Origin: an uncultured Acidobacteriaceae bacterium | GTDB taxonomy: Bacteria > Acidobacteriota > Terriglobia > Terriglobales > Acidobacteriaceae | Assembly: GCA_964407245.1 (NCBI GenBank) | Contig: CAYOUY010000170.1 | Location: forward strand, 380-64,379 | Length of the DNA stretch: 64,000 nt | Reading direction: 5' to 3' | Shown: positions 47,020-56,781 of the stretch, one piece after another | How positions within the stretch are numbered: position 1 is the first letter of the stretch | Layout: every line of letters starts with the position of its first letter | The notes under the pieces: model-generated | What the model was told of the DNA's origin: nothing | The model's database searches: none | What the model saw: the letters and a program-made list of their open reading frames with translations, nothing else | Position numbers and translations under genes: made by a program

Positions 47020-47712
47020 ATGGCTCAACTGAGTGCAGTTTCCCCCGGAAGCGGGACTGAGGCGCTCGATCAAAGCAGGTGGGTGGTGTTGTCGCCCCGT
47101 TGGCGCAGTCCAATCCGTCTGGCTATCAAGAGATCGCTTGATATTACGGTTTCGGCCGTCCTGCTATTACTGCTGTCCCCAATTCTCCTGGTGCTGGCAA
47201 TCGCAGTGAAATTCAGTTCTCCCGGACCGCTGTTCTACCGCTGGAAGGTTGTGGGTCGCGGCGGGCGACCGTTCACCGGCTACAAGTTTCGTTCGATGGT
47301 CGCGAACGCAGACGCACTTCGCGAGCAACTAACGCGTCATAACGAAATGACCGGCCCCGTCTTTAAGATGTCGCGCGATCCACGCATTACACGAGTAGGC
47401 GCGTGGTTCAGAAAATACAGTCTCGATGAGCTACCCCAGCTGTTCAATGTGCTCAAAGGCGATATGAGTTTAGTAGGTCCACGGCCTCCGCTGGTCACGG
47501 AGTACGCCCAGTTCAGCGCATACCAGAAACAGAAGCTGGCGGTGAAGCCCGGGATTACTTGCTTGTGGCAGGTGCACGGCCGAAATCAGATCAGCGATTT
47601 TGATGAGTGGGTACGGCTCGATCTGGAATACATCGCCCGATGGTCTCTCTCGCTTGACTGTGCCATTCTGGCGCGGACATTGGGAGCGGTTTTATCGGGT
47701 ACGGGTAAGTAA
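47020..47712 (+). CDS. small monotopic phosphoglycosyl transferase (bacterial sugar transferase family)
   Basis: [21 protein letters not shown]...KFRSM...[37 protein letters not shown]. Confidence 0.9.
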   Translation: MAQLSAVSPGSGTEALDQSRWVVLSPRWRSPIRLAIKRSLDITVSAVLLLLLSPILLVLAIAVKFSSPGPLFYRWKVVGRGGRPFTGYKFRSMVANADALREQLTRHNEMTGPVFKMSRDPRITRVGAWFRKYSLDELPQLFNVLKGDMSLVGPRPPLVTEYAQFSAYQKQKLAVKPGITCLWQVHGRNQISDFDEWVRLDLEYIARWSLSLDCAILARTLGAVLSGTGK

Positions 47713-47755
47713 CGCACACTAGGAATTTTGAAACGAACCTTAGGGAGTTAAGAAA

Positions 47756-48751
47756 ATGAACAAGCAGAAGCGGATACTGGTCACCGGGGCGGGCGGTTTC
47801 ATCGGGCATCATCTGGCCAAACGGCTGAAACGGGATGGCCACTGGGTGCGCGGGGCTGACCTCAAGTGCCCGGAGTATGAGGCGAGCGCGGCCGATCAGT
47901 TTGAAATCCTCGACCTGCGCAAGTATGAGAACTGCCTGCTGGCGACGCGCGGCGGCATCGACGAAGTCTACAATCTCGCCGCCGACATGGGTGGCATCGG
48001 CTACATCACGGCCAACCATGCCGATATTAGCCGCAACAACATCCTGATCAACGCACAGATGCTCGAAGCCAGCCGCCAGAACGGCGTGGAGCGCTTCCTG
48101 TTCTCCTCTTCCGCTTGCGTGTACAACCAGGCCAAGCAGAAAGATCCCGATGTGAAGCCGCTACGTGAGGAAGATGCCTATCCCGCCGATCCCGAACCGG
48201 GCTACGGATGGGAGAAGCTTTTCGCCGAGCAACTCTGCCACTACTACTACAAGGATTACGGATTCGAGACCCGCATCGTCCGCTTCCACAACGTCTACGG
48301 GCCGCTCGGCACCTATGACGGCGGCAAGGAAAAAGCGCCAGCGGCCATCAGCCGCAAGGTGGCGCTCGTGGCCGATGGCGGCGAAATCGAAGTCTGGGGC
48401 GACGGCGAACAGACTCGCTCGTTCATGTACGTGGATGACTGCGTCGAAGGCTTGATTCGCCTGATGACCAGCGACTATCGGGACGCGCTCAATCTCGGCA
48501 CCGACGAACTCGTCACCATCAATGAACTGGTAGACATGGTGGCGCGCGCGGCCGGCAAGCGTATCGGCAAGCGCCACAATCTTACCGGCCCGCAGGGTGT
48601 GCGCGGGCGCAACAGCGATAACACTCGCCTGCGCGAAGTTTTGGGATGGGAGCCTTCGATCCGTCTAGAGCAAGGGCTGGCGATCACTTATCCGTGGATC
48701 GCTTCCCAGGTTGCGCCGCAGCGTGTGGCTGAAATGGCGCACGCGGACTAG
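47756..48751 (+). CDS. GDP-mannose 3,5-epimerase homolog (SDR)
   Basis: Long colinear similarity to plant/bacterial GME: NLAADMGGIGYI, SSACVY, GYGWEKL, RFHNVYGP.GTY.GGKEKAPAA, WGDGEQTRSF and GPQGVRGRNSDN. Confidence 0.8.
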   Translation: MNKQKRILVTGAGGFIGHHLAKRLKRDGHWVRGADLKCPEYEASAADQFEILDLRKYENCLLATRGGIDEVYNLAADMGGIGYITANHADISRNNILINAQMLEASRQNGVERFLFSSSACVYNQAKQKDPDVKPLREEDAYPADPEPGYGWEKLFAEQLCHYYYKDYGFETRIVRFHNVYGPLGTYDGGKEKAPAAISRKVALVADGGEIEVWGDGEQTRSFMYVDDCVEGLIRLMTSDYRDALNLGTDELVTINELVDMVARAAGKRIGKRHNLTGPQGVRGRNSDNTRLREVLGWEPSIRLEQGLAITYPWIASQVAPQRVAEMAHAD

Positions 48752-48789
48752 GAAACGAAAAAACTGCCCACGAGAGGAGTCTAATAACA

Positions 48790-49902
48790 ATGCGCGTTCT
48801 TGTGACTGGTGGCGCCGGGTTCATTGGCAGCCATCTCGTTGATCGTTTTCACGCCGAAGGCTTTGAAGTTCGAGTCTTGGATAACCTCGATCCCAAAGTT
48901 CATCCGAGTGGCGAGCCCCCGCATTTCCCGCGCGGTGTGGAGTTCATCCGCGGCGACATAACTGACCGCGAGACCCTCCGCTATGCCCTGCGCAACGTGG
49001 ACATTGTTTCTCATCAAGCGGCCTACCAGGACTACATGCCCGATTTTTCCCGATTCCTGGCTGTGAACGCAGTCGGCACAGCGCTGCTCTACGAATTGAT
49101 CGTGGAAGAACGCATGAAGATTCGAAAAGTAATTGTGGCATCTTCTCAGGCGGTTTATGGCGAAGGACAGTACGTGTGCCAGCAGCACGGCCCATTCCTT
49201 CCCATTCCTCGCAGCGCGCAACAATTGCAGCGAGGAGAATGGGAAGTAGTCTGCCCGGACTGCGGCCAACGGGCCACTCCGGCCTTGCTGGTGGAAGAGC
49301 GCACAAACCCCTATAACCAATATGCCGTGTCCAAACTTGCACAGGAGAAAACGGCCCTGGGACTGGGATGGATCCGCGGGATTCCGACCGTTGCTCTCCG
49401 CTACTCGATTACTCAAGGACCTCGCCAATCGCTATTCAACCACTACTCGGGAGTCTGCCGGATTTTCGTCAGCCGCGCCCTGACTGGTGATCCGCTGGTT
49501 ATCTACGAAGACGGGCTCCAGACACGTGATTTCGTGCATATCAATGATGTGGTGAACGCCAACATGCTGGTGCTTGAAAAAGATGCAGCCGATGCGCGGG
49601 CGTTTAATGTCGGGAGCGGGCAACCGACCTCAGTAGTCGAATATGCGCGGCACGTTCGCGAAAAAATCGGGAATGACGTTGAGCTCTGCATCCCTGGAGA
49701 GTATCGCAGCGGCGACAACCGCCATAGCGTGTCATCGATTGCGAAGCTGCGCGGTTTGGGATGGGCCCCGCAGCGGAACCTTTCGGACATTCTCGACGAT
49801 TTTTTGAACTGGGTGGAAACAATCGGCGGCATTCCCGAGCAAGTGCAAGACGCCTACTCGCACATGAAAGAAGCCGGCGTAGTGCTGGCTGCAGGACAAT
49901 AA
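48790..49902 (+). CDS. NAD-dependent epimerase/dehydratase with Cys/His-rich insertion
   Basis: MRVLVTGGAGFIGSHLV, YAVSK (YxxxK), and an insert GQYVCQQHG...VVCPDCG after the SSQAVYG strand. Confidence 0.85.
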   Translation: MRVLVTGGAGFIGSHLVDRFHAEGFEVRVLDNLDPKVHPSGEPPHFPRGVEFIRGDITDRETLRYALRNVDIVSHQAAYQDYMPDFSRFLAVNAVGTALLYELIVEERMKIRKVIVASSQAVYGEGQYVCQQHGPFLPIPRSAQQLQRGEWEVVCPDCGQRATPALLVEERTNPYNQYAVSKLAQEKTALGLGWIRGIPTVALRYSITQGPRQSLFNHYSGVCRIFVSRALTGDPLVIYEDGLQTRDFVHINDVVNANMLVLEKDAADARAFNVGSGQPTSVVEYARHVREKIGNDVELCIPGEYRSGDNRHSVSSIAKLRGLGWAPQRNLSDILDDFLNWVETIGGIPEQVQDAYSHMKEAGVVLAAGQ

Positions 49903-49965
49903 CTCATACCTGATACTCCTTTCCGCTCTCGCACTTCAACAATCCACTGTCGGGGTTACCCATAC

Positions 49966-50619
49966 ATGAGTACCGTGCCGAGTCAGCGAGGCAGCGATCC
50001 CGCGCACTCGCATCTTGCGTCTCTTCCGATCACTCGCTCGGAGAACTACTTCCTGAGTGTCGAAGCTGTTCTCAAACGCCTTCCATTTGCACTGATCGAC
50101 CGCGTGACGGAGGCATTGTGGCGCGCATACCTTGAGTCTCGAACGGTCTTCGTGTTTGGGAACGGCGGAAGCGCTGCGTTGGCTTCCCATTGCGCGTGCG
50201 ACCTTGGCAAAGGCACTGTGCACAACGGGAATCGACGCCTGCGCGTGATCGCGCTGACTGACAACGTTCCGCTCATGACCGCATGGGCCAACGACGCCAG
50301 CTACGACGACATTTTTGCTGAGCAACTGATGCCGTTGATCCATAAAGCCGATATCGCACTTGCCATCAGCGGGAGCGGAAATTCGCCCAATGTGTTGAAA
50401 GCTCTTCAAGTAGCGCGCGAAGCTGAGGCTTTCACGATCGGGCTCACGGGCTTTCAAGGCGGCAAGATGAGGGCCTTGTGCGACCTGTGTGTCGTCGTGC
50501 CCTCGGATAATATGCAAATCATCGAGGATTTGCATGTCTCCGTGAGTCACTCAGTTTTTACTTCCTTGCGATCTCGGATCTGTACAGCCGCTCAAGACTT
50601 GATCCGCCGACAGGCGTAA
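49966..50619 (+). CDS. gmhA: SIS-domain sedoheptulose-7-phosphate isomerase
   Basis: VFVFGNGGSAALASHCACDL...ALAISGSGNSPNVLKAL...GLTGFQGGKM. Confidence 0.82.
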   Translation: MSTVPSQRGSDPAHSHLASLPITRSENYFLSVEAVLKRLPFALIDRVTEALWRAYLESRTVFVFGNGGSAALASHCACDLGKGTVHNGNRRLRVIALTDNVPLMTAWANDASYDDIFAEQLMPLIHKADIALAISGSGNSPNVLKALQVAREAEAFTIGLTGFQGGKMRALCDLCVVVPSDNMQIIEDLHVSVSHSVFTSLRSRICTAAQDLIRRQA

Positions 50620-50648
50620 CGATCTTCCCGGAATGTCGAAAACATTCG

Positions 50649-52088
50649 ATGACAGCTCGCACTCTGCGTAATAGCATCCTCACGGCCGATCTGGTTTGGG
50701 GAGTGCTGGCCATGCCCATCGCATATCTGATGCGATACGGTTGGGTTTGGCACGGCCCGACGGATCGGTCCGCCGCAATCTTTATTCCCCCGCTCATGAC
50801 CGCCCTGTTGGTCTGGAGCGTAATGTCGTCCTGGGTACGGCTTGACGGCTTTCGGACAGGATGGATGTTCTCGGCGGTGGTTTCCCAGCTCCTGCTCGCT
50901 GTTCTTGGCGTAATGCTTGCCCTGTTTGCGATCGGCTACCTGCTGCGGGAGTTTATTTCTCGCTTGGCACTCGGATATTTTGGCCTGTTGCTATTCCTGG
51001 GTTTTCTGACCATCCGGGTCATCGCTCGATTAATCCTGGCTGCGCCTCGCGCGCGGGCAGCGGTTCGCAATGTAGTGATCGTGGGCAACGGACCTTTAGC
51101 CCGCGAGATGGCCAACAAGATCGAGTCTCATCCGGAAATGCTCCGCAAAGTGGTCGGTTTTCTAAGCCCGGGCGAGGATTCCTTCCCAACTGTTTCGCTG
51201 GCAAATCGCGCTAATGCCGTACCTCTTCGAACTGCGGATGTCGCGCAGATACTCAAATCCCACGCGGTGGATGAAGTAATTCTGACCGTGCCGGCACCCG
51301 GACGACCAGAGATCCTGGATCTTATTTCGCGGTGTAGCCGTGTGGGCATCGAAATCGGCATGGTGCCGCAACCATACGAACTATATCTCACGAAACCCGC
51401 GCTGATGGATCTCGATGGTCTTCCCTTGCTGCAGCTGCCGGTTGACCCTTCAGCAGAGGGCGATCCCAAGTGGAAGCGCGTGTTCGATGTGGGCATGACA
51501 CTCGTCTTGCTACCGGTGTGCGTTCCGCCGACGCTCGTCGCAGCCGCTCTTCTTAAGCTCAGGAAAGGACGAGCTTTCTGCACTGAGTGGCGTTGCGGGA
51601 AACATGGCGAGAAATTTGCGATCTACCGTCTAAATTCGCCGCGTCGCGCGTTCGGGCTGCCCGCTTACGAACGACTGTTCCAGAAACTCAGCATTACAGA
51701 GCTACCGCAGCTGTTCAACGTCCTGCGGGGCGAGATGAGCCTCGTCGGACCCCGCCCGGAGGGCCTCGACCGAGCACGGCACTACACCGACTGGCATCGC
51801 CAAAGGCTGAATGCGATACCCGGCATGACCGGCCTGGCGCAAGTTTATGGACTGCGAGATCAGCACCCGTCGGAGGACAAGACGAGGTACGATCTGCAGT
51901 ACATTCTCCATCGTTCGCTCTTTCAAGACATCTCCCTGTTGGTCCAGACCGCATGGACCCTCACGATGCGGCTGTTCGATGGTCTTGGTGGGGAGTCCAC
52001 CCGAGACAAGGCCGCAGATGGAACACCCGAAATAGATTTCGAGGAAAACCTCATCCATGCTCATAGTTCGCAGCCCAGTGCGGATTAG
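50649..52088 (+). CDS. large polyprenyl glycosylphosphotransferase (WbaP/WcaJ-type, TM plus Rossmann-like plus catalytic domain)
   Basis: N-terminal TM helices, VVIVGNGPLAREMANKI, and a C-terminal catalytic domain with [20 protein letters not shown]. Confidence 0.85.
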   Translation: MTARTLRNSILTADLVWGVLAMPIAYLMRYGWVWHGPTDRSAAIFIPPLMTALLVWSVMSSWVRLDGFRTGWMFSAVVSQLLLAVLGVMLALFAIGYLLREFISRLALGYFGLLLFLGFLTIRVIARLILAAPRARAAVRNVVIVGNGPLAREMANKIESHPEMLRKVVGFLSPGEDSFPTVSLANRANAVPLRTADVAQILKSHAVDEVILTVPAPGRPEILDLISRCSRVGIEIGMVPQPYELYLTKPALMDLDGLPLLQLPVDPSAEGDPKWKRVFDVGMTLVLLPVCVPPTLVAAALLKLRKGRAFCTEWRCGKHGEKFAIYRLNSPRRAFGLPAYERLFQKLSITELPQLFNVLRGEMSLVGPRPEGLDRARHYTDWHRQRLNAIPGMTGLAQVYGLRDQHPSEDKTRYDLQYILHRSLFQDISLLVQTAWTLTMRLFDGLGGESTRDKAADGTPEIDFEENLIHAHSSQPSAD

Positions 52089-53142
52089 TTTTGGCGGCGG
52101 TGGCACCGATTTGCCGGCTTACTACGAGCAATTCGGCGGCTCCGTTCTAAGCGTTGCTATTAACAAGTACTTTTACACGGTTCTCAGCGGGCGTTCCGAT
52201 GGTCGGATTCAGGTAATTTCCTCTGACCTCAGAGTATTCGAAACTTGGCATGACATCGCCAACACGAATTTTCGCGGCAGCTCATTGGAAATCCCCCTCG
52301 CCGTTCTGAAAGAGATGAATTGTGATATCGCCGTCGATCTGTTCCTGGCTTCCGAAATTCCGCCCGGCACGGGTCTCGGCTCCTCCGCCAGCGTGTGCGT
52401 TAACATTCTCAAGACGCTGTGTACCTACCTGCAGCAGCCGATTTCCAAATATGATCTCGCTGAACGCTCCTTCCACATTGCGCGGGATCTTCTCGGAAAA
52501 CACGTCGGGAAGCAGGATGAATACGCGGCTGCCTTTGGAGGGCTCAACTTCATTTCGTTCCACCCCGATGGAAGCGCACTGGTAGAGCCTATCGACTTGA
52601 ACCCGGCAGTATTAACGGAGTTCCAGCGGAACCTCATGCTTTTTTTCACTGGTTCCTCTCACCATTCTTGGAGCATTCTAAAGGAGCAAGAAGCTTCCGC
52701 ACGAAACCAAACCGGAACCGCCATCGAAGCTCTGCACGAAGTGAAAGCCCTGGGCATTCGCATGAAGACCGTTCTTCAGCAAGGAGATCTCAAGGAGCTA
52801 GGCACGTTGCTTCACGAAGGATGGCGGGCAAAGCGACGCATCTCGTCGAAAATTTCGACGCCGCGTATCGACGAACTCTACGCTCAAGCCCGTCAGCACG
52901 GTGCGCTAGGGGGCAAGATCACGGGGGCCGGCGGCGGAGGTTTCCTGCTTCTCTACTGCGAACCTGAATTTCAATCTGCCGTCCGAGAGGCGATGCGGCA
53001 AAATGACGTCCACGAAATGACCTTTGCATTTGATATGCAGGGCGCACAAGTAATTGCAAACGATCCTTTCATCGATGGGGACGAACGCGGTGGTTGCACT
53101 TGGACCTTTTTGCCGAGAGTTCCGGCGACGCCTGTCTTCTAG
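52057..53142 (+). CDS. hddA: GHMP kinase, D-glycero-alpha-D-manno-heptose-7-phosphate kinase-like
   Basis: MLIVRSPVRISFGGGGTDLPAYY N-terminus, PPGTGLGSSASV motif and GGKITGAGGGGF. Overlaps the previous gene by 32 nt. Confidence 0.82.
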   Translation: MLIVRSPVRISFGGGGTDLPAYYEQFGGSVLSVAINKYFYTVLSGRSDGRIQVISSDLRVFETWHDIANTNFRGSSLEIPLAVLKEMNCDIAVDLFLASEIPPGTGLGSSASVCVNILKTLCTYLQQPISKYDLAERSFHIARDLLGKHVGKQDEYAAAFGGLNFISFHPDGSALVEPIDLNPAVLTEFQRNLMLFFTGSSHHSWSILKEQEASARNQTGTAIEALHEVKALGIRMKTVLQQGDLKELGTLLHEGWRAKRRISSKISTPRIDELYAQARQHGALGGKITGAGGGGFLLLYCEPEFQSAVREAMRQNDVHEMTFAFDMQGAQVIANDPFIDGDERGGCTWTFLPRVPATPVF

Positions 53143-53168
53143 TTCTCTATCTCGTATTCCAAACCCCA

Positions 53169-53864
53169 ATGAAAGCCTTCCTCTTGGCCGCGGGCAACGG
53201 CACTCGACTGCGGCCCATCACTAACACCCTACCCAAGTGTCTTGTCCCTATTAAGGGCGAGCCTATGCTGGCGATTTGGCTGCGACTTTGCCAGAACCTC
53301 GGCATCACCGAGGTTTTGATTAACGTTCACGCCCACGCGGACACAGTACTAGCGTTTCTGCGGCAGAGCCGACCGAGCGGCATCCGGGTGCACTTGGCAG
53401 AAGAGAAGCAGTTGCTGGGCAGCGCGGGAACATTGCGAGCGAATCGCAGCTGGGTCGAAAGTGAGGATCTGTTCTGGGTCTTTTACGCGGACGTGTTGCA
53501 CCGTGCCGATCTCCACGCGATGTTGCGCCTGCACCGCCAGCAGGGCTTGGCGGCTACCCTCGGCGTCTATGAGGTTCCCGACCCTTCGCGCTGCGGCATT
53601 GTGACGACCAACGGCGATGGAGTAATCGAAGCCTTTGTCGAGAAGCCTGCGCATCCCACCAGTAATCTGGCGTTTTCGGGTCTGATGATCGGGACGCGTG
53701 CCGTTCTGGATGCGATCCCGAACGACATTCCGGCGGACATCGGATTTCATGCCCTTCCCAAACTTACAGGTCGGATGCTTGCGTTTCCGATACGCGATTA
53801 CTTGATCGACGTGGGCACCTTGGAGAACTACCAGCATGCCCAAGCCACATGGCCTGGGCTATAG
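53169..53864 (+). CDS. hddC: sugar-1-phosphate nucleotidyltransferase (heptose-1-phosphate guanylyltransferase-like)
   Basis: MKAFLLAAGNGTRLRPITNTLPKCLVPI NTP-transferase signature. Confidence 0.82.
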   Translation: MKAFLLAAGNGTRLRPITNTLPKCLVPIKGEPMLAIWLRLCQNLGITEVLINVHAHADTVLAFLRQSRPSGIRVHLAEEKQLLGSAGTLRANRSWVESEDLFWVFYADVLHRADLHAMLRLHRQQGLAATLGVYEVPDPSRCGIVTTNGDGVIEAFVEKPAHPTSNLAFSGLMIGTRAVLDAIPNDIPADIGFHALPKLTGRMLAFPIRDYLIDVGTLENYQHAQATWPGL

Positions 53865-53876
53865 GACGATCTGCAA

Positions 53877-54584
53877 ATGCGTGATGGCATCTTGCGCGGG
53901 ATTGTTTTCGACCTGGACGGAGTCATAGTCGACAGTCATCCCATACACAAACGGGCCTGGCGAGCTTTTCTTGCCAGTGTGGGCCGCGAGGTGTCGGAAT
54001 CGGATCTCGACTTTATTCTCGAGGGTCGCAGACGGCAAGAAATCCTGGTCCACTTTCTTGGCGACCTTTCTGAGTCCGAGGTTTGGGACTACGGCGACCT
54101 AAAGGACGAGTTCTTTCGGCAATTTTCTGCGGCACCCGAACCGGTTACCGGAAGCATTGAGTTCATCAACAGCCTGGAGAACACGGGCCTTCGTCTTGCG
54201 GTAGCTACATCAGCCAGCCGACAACGTGCTCGATGGACGCTTGAGCAGCTCAGGATCATGCACCATTTCGAACTACTAGTTACCGGGGAAGACGTCGCAC
54301 AATGCAAGCCAGACCCAGCTATTTACAAGTTGGCCGCGCAGCGTCTTTCCATTGCCCCACAATGCGTTCTCGGCATTGAGGACTCGGTCTGTGGAGTTCG
54401 TTCGGCGAAGGCAGCGGGACTACGCTGTCTTGGAGTCGGGTTCGGAAAGAGTGCATGTCAATTGCTGGCTGCCGGGGCAGACTGTGTGTTCGCAAACCTG
54501 GCGGGCCTGACAATGCGACAGGTGGATGAAGCGCTCAGAGCCTATGCGCTTGCTAAGGCGATTCCGGCAGACCCGCTGTGCTGA
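53877..54584 (+). CDS. HAD-superfamily phosphatase (subfamily IA, beta-PGM-like)
   Basis: IVFDLDGVIVDS (DxDG), ATSA, and EDSVCGVRSAKAAG motif IV. Confidence 0.8.
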   Translation: MRDGILRGIVFDLDGVIVDSHPIHKRAWRAFLASVGREVSESDLDFILEGRRRQEILVHFLGDLSESEVWDYGDLKDEFFRQFSAAPEPVTGSIEFINSLENTGLRLAVATSASRQRARWTLEQLRIMHHFELLVTGEDVAQCKPDPAIYKLAAQRLSIAPQCVLGIEDSVCGVRSAKAAGLRCLGVGFGKSACQLLAAGADCVFANLAGLTMRQVDEALRAYALAKAIPADPLC

Positions 54585-54677
54585 TCGCCGTACTCGTATC
54601 AGTCGTGATTGACTCTTACCGGCTCCCGATTCTCCGACGAAAAATCTTGGTTCGCGGAGAAGGAAAATTCTCCTTTC

Positions 54678-55700
54678 ATGGAAATCCAGTTGTTGGTAGT
54701 CCTTGCGGTTTTTCTTCTTATAACTATACCGGTTCAGGCGCAATGTGGTCTGAGCCTCTTGGATTGTATTCATGAAAGTAGCGCCGAGACAGATCCGCGA
54801 AACGCCCCTGGCAGACGCGATCTTGGAATTGGGCCCAGTTTCGATGCTCCGCTTGCGGCAACATTCGGCGAAACGAATACGGCTACCCCAGCAACCGAGA
54901 GCCTGCTTTCGGACTCTTCCGCTATTCCTGTCTTCATATGCGTAGTGGGAGCTCGCTCCCCCGACTCGGTCTCTACCGAATTGTTCCGTAGCCCAAGCAA
55001 CTTTCACGCCGAGCCGATGTCAGATGCGGAGCAGGCGGGCGGTGACGCAAGAGCGCCGTCAATTGCAAAAGTGCGGCCCACTAAACCAGTCGAATTCAAC
55101 CAAGCGGTCTATTACAAAAATAAGCTCGAACTCGGCCTGGACTTCGGAGTTCTCCCAATCAACATTCCATTCGTCTTTGACGTTTTCTTGGGCGACGCCT
55201 ATCACATGACACCTCTTCATTACACGTTGATGCCAATCATTGGCTCCCTGCGCTGGCACGTGGACGATGTGGGAGGACCATCGATTCTTCGTGGTAACTG
55301 GGATCTGCAGGCCAGCTTAGCTGTGACCTTGATCCCCAGAGGACCGGAATCACGCTATTTCGCGTTTATTTTGGGTTTCCGACGGAATTTCGTCCCGCGC
55401 CACGGAAAGTTCGCTCCCTATTTTGACGGCCGTGTAGGGCTTGGCGAGATTGACGCTCAGGAGCCGTTAGGCGCCGTTTGGGCGCAAGGACAGGACTTCA
55501 CGTTCACGCTCAACATGGGCAGCGGATTTCGATATAACATCAGTCCCAGCCGTTCGATCTCATTCGGTATCAATTGGATGCACATATCGAACCTCTATCT
55601 GTCCCAGCCGAAATATCCGGATTATGGGATTAACGTGTACGGGCCCATGATTGGAGTCGACATCCGATTGGGCAAGCATCACCCAGATGCGGCGCAGTAG
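54678..55700 (+). CDS. outer-membrane acyloxyacyl hydrolase / lipid A 3-O-deacylase (PagL)-like protein
   Basis: Signal peptide MEIQLLVVLAVFLLITIPVQAQ, a beta-barrel-like C-terminal half with WMHISNLY (HxSN) and a terminal aromatic-rich strand. Confidence 0.5.
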   Translation: MEIQLLVVLAVFLLITIPVQAQCGLSLLDCIHESSAETDPRNAPGRRDLGIGPSFDAPLAATFGETNTATPATESLLSDSSAIPVFICVVGARSPDSVSTELFRSPSNFHAEPMSDAEQAGGDARAPSIAKVRPTKPVEFNQAVYYKNKLELGLDFGVLPINIPFVFDVFLGDAYHMTPLHYTLMPIIGSLRWHVDDVGGPSILRGNWDLQASLAVTLIPRGPESRYFAFILGFRRNFVPRHGKFAPYFDGRVGLGEIDAQEPLGAVWAQGQDFTFTLNMGSGFRYNISPSRSISFGINWMHISNLYLSQPKYPDYGINVYGPMIGVDIRLGKHHPDAAQ

Positions 55701-56449
55701 TTCTTAAATCCAGCCGTTTTGCTGCGCCTGTAGATTATCCCGCCGGGCCACTCAGTCCTTCCTCCCACCAGTTGCGGCATCTCACAGGATCCTCCCTCTT
55801 CTTCCCGCCCACCCGAGCAGTTCGTCCCTCCACTAGAAAAAGACCGAATGAACGATTTACCTGCTGTGTTAGCGGGAGGACAACTCTCTCGGCTCCCCAG
55901 GTCTTACAATTCAGCGTCAACGGCCTGCATCGATATCCATGCTGGCGTACAGAAAGATGGCTCACCAGCGAGAGGCGTTCGCGCCGATGAGCCGAAAGTA
56001 AGGAGCCAAATCTTGATAGGAGTGGATGCTAGGCCTGCACTGTGGGCGCAGTCAAGAGCTTAGTATTGCAAAACGAACACAATCAAACCAACCCGATTTT
56101 GCCAGTCGCTTCCGCTACGCACTCCAGATTTAAGCGCACTCTCGGGTTTTCCTTGGCGAGAAAGCTCCCACTAATGGAGTAAGCAGCTTGACGGCCAGTT
56201 TCGCTGCACCCGGCGCGTTGACGGTTCCCGCATTTCTCTTCGGGACCTACTCGGGCACGAAGTGTCCGCATTAGCTCCAGAGCCTGTAAGCTAGGGGTGC
56301 TTCGGGAGAACCAAGGGTGCGGGAAACTGCGAATTTCGTCTACAAACGGTTCACGATTCGTCAATTCGCAGATCATTTGCTGGAAATTGAGCAATTTCTT
56401 GTTGAATGAACAATCGCCTTCGAAGAACGAAGAACTCTGAGCGAAGGCA

Positions 56450-56665
56450 GTGCTTACGCCAGTGCGGCTGCGGCTGCTACTAGCCCGCTTGCCAGAGCCG
56501 TCTCGTTCGCTGCGGCTGCTCCTGATCCTCACTGGAATGCGAATCGGCGAGCTGCTGGCCTTGCGCTGGCGCAATGCCGATCTCGAAAGCAAGCTCGTTC
56601 GCGTGGAAGAAACTGTCTACGACGGGCACTTCGATGAACCCAAGAGCATCGAAGCCAGAGGATAA
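56450..56665 (+). pseudogene. tyrosine recombinase (integrase) fragment
   Basis: LLLILTGMRIGELLALRWRNADLE is the box-I Arg region only. The HxxR and Tyr regions are missing. Upstream frames (about 56100-56450) hold frameshifted integrase-like scraps. Confidence 0.65.
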
Positions 56666-56669
56666 AGAT

Positions 56670-56713
56670 TGGTCGGGGCCCGCGGATTTGAACTCCTGAC
56701 CCCTGCGCGCAAG
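56670..56713 (-). repeat. second, decayed copy of the tRNA-Pro 3' half
   Basis: tggtcggggcccgcggatttgaactcctgacccctgcgcgcaag. The T-stem halves no longer pair. It lies 68 bp from the intact tRNA in the same orientation. Confidence 0.65.
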
Positions 56714-56781
56714 TTCCGCCCGCTGGCGAAATCCTGAACGAAGTGAAGGAGCCCTCGGGATGGAAGCCAGAGGATGAAGAA

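Noticed and set aside
56083-56592. 169-aa minus-strand ORF across the integrase remnant
   Set aside because: It is Ser/Arg-rich with no motifs. The plus strand carries recognisable recombinase box I, so the region is best treated as a decayed integrase.
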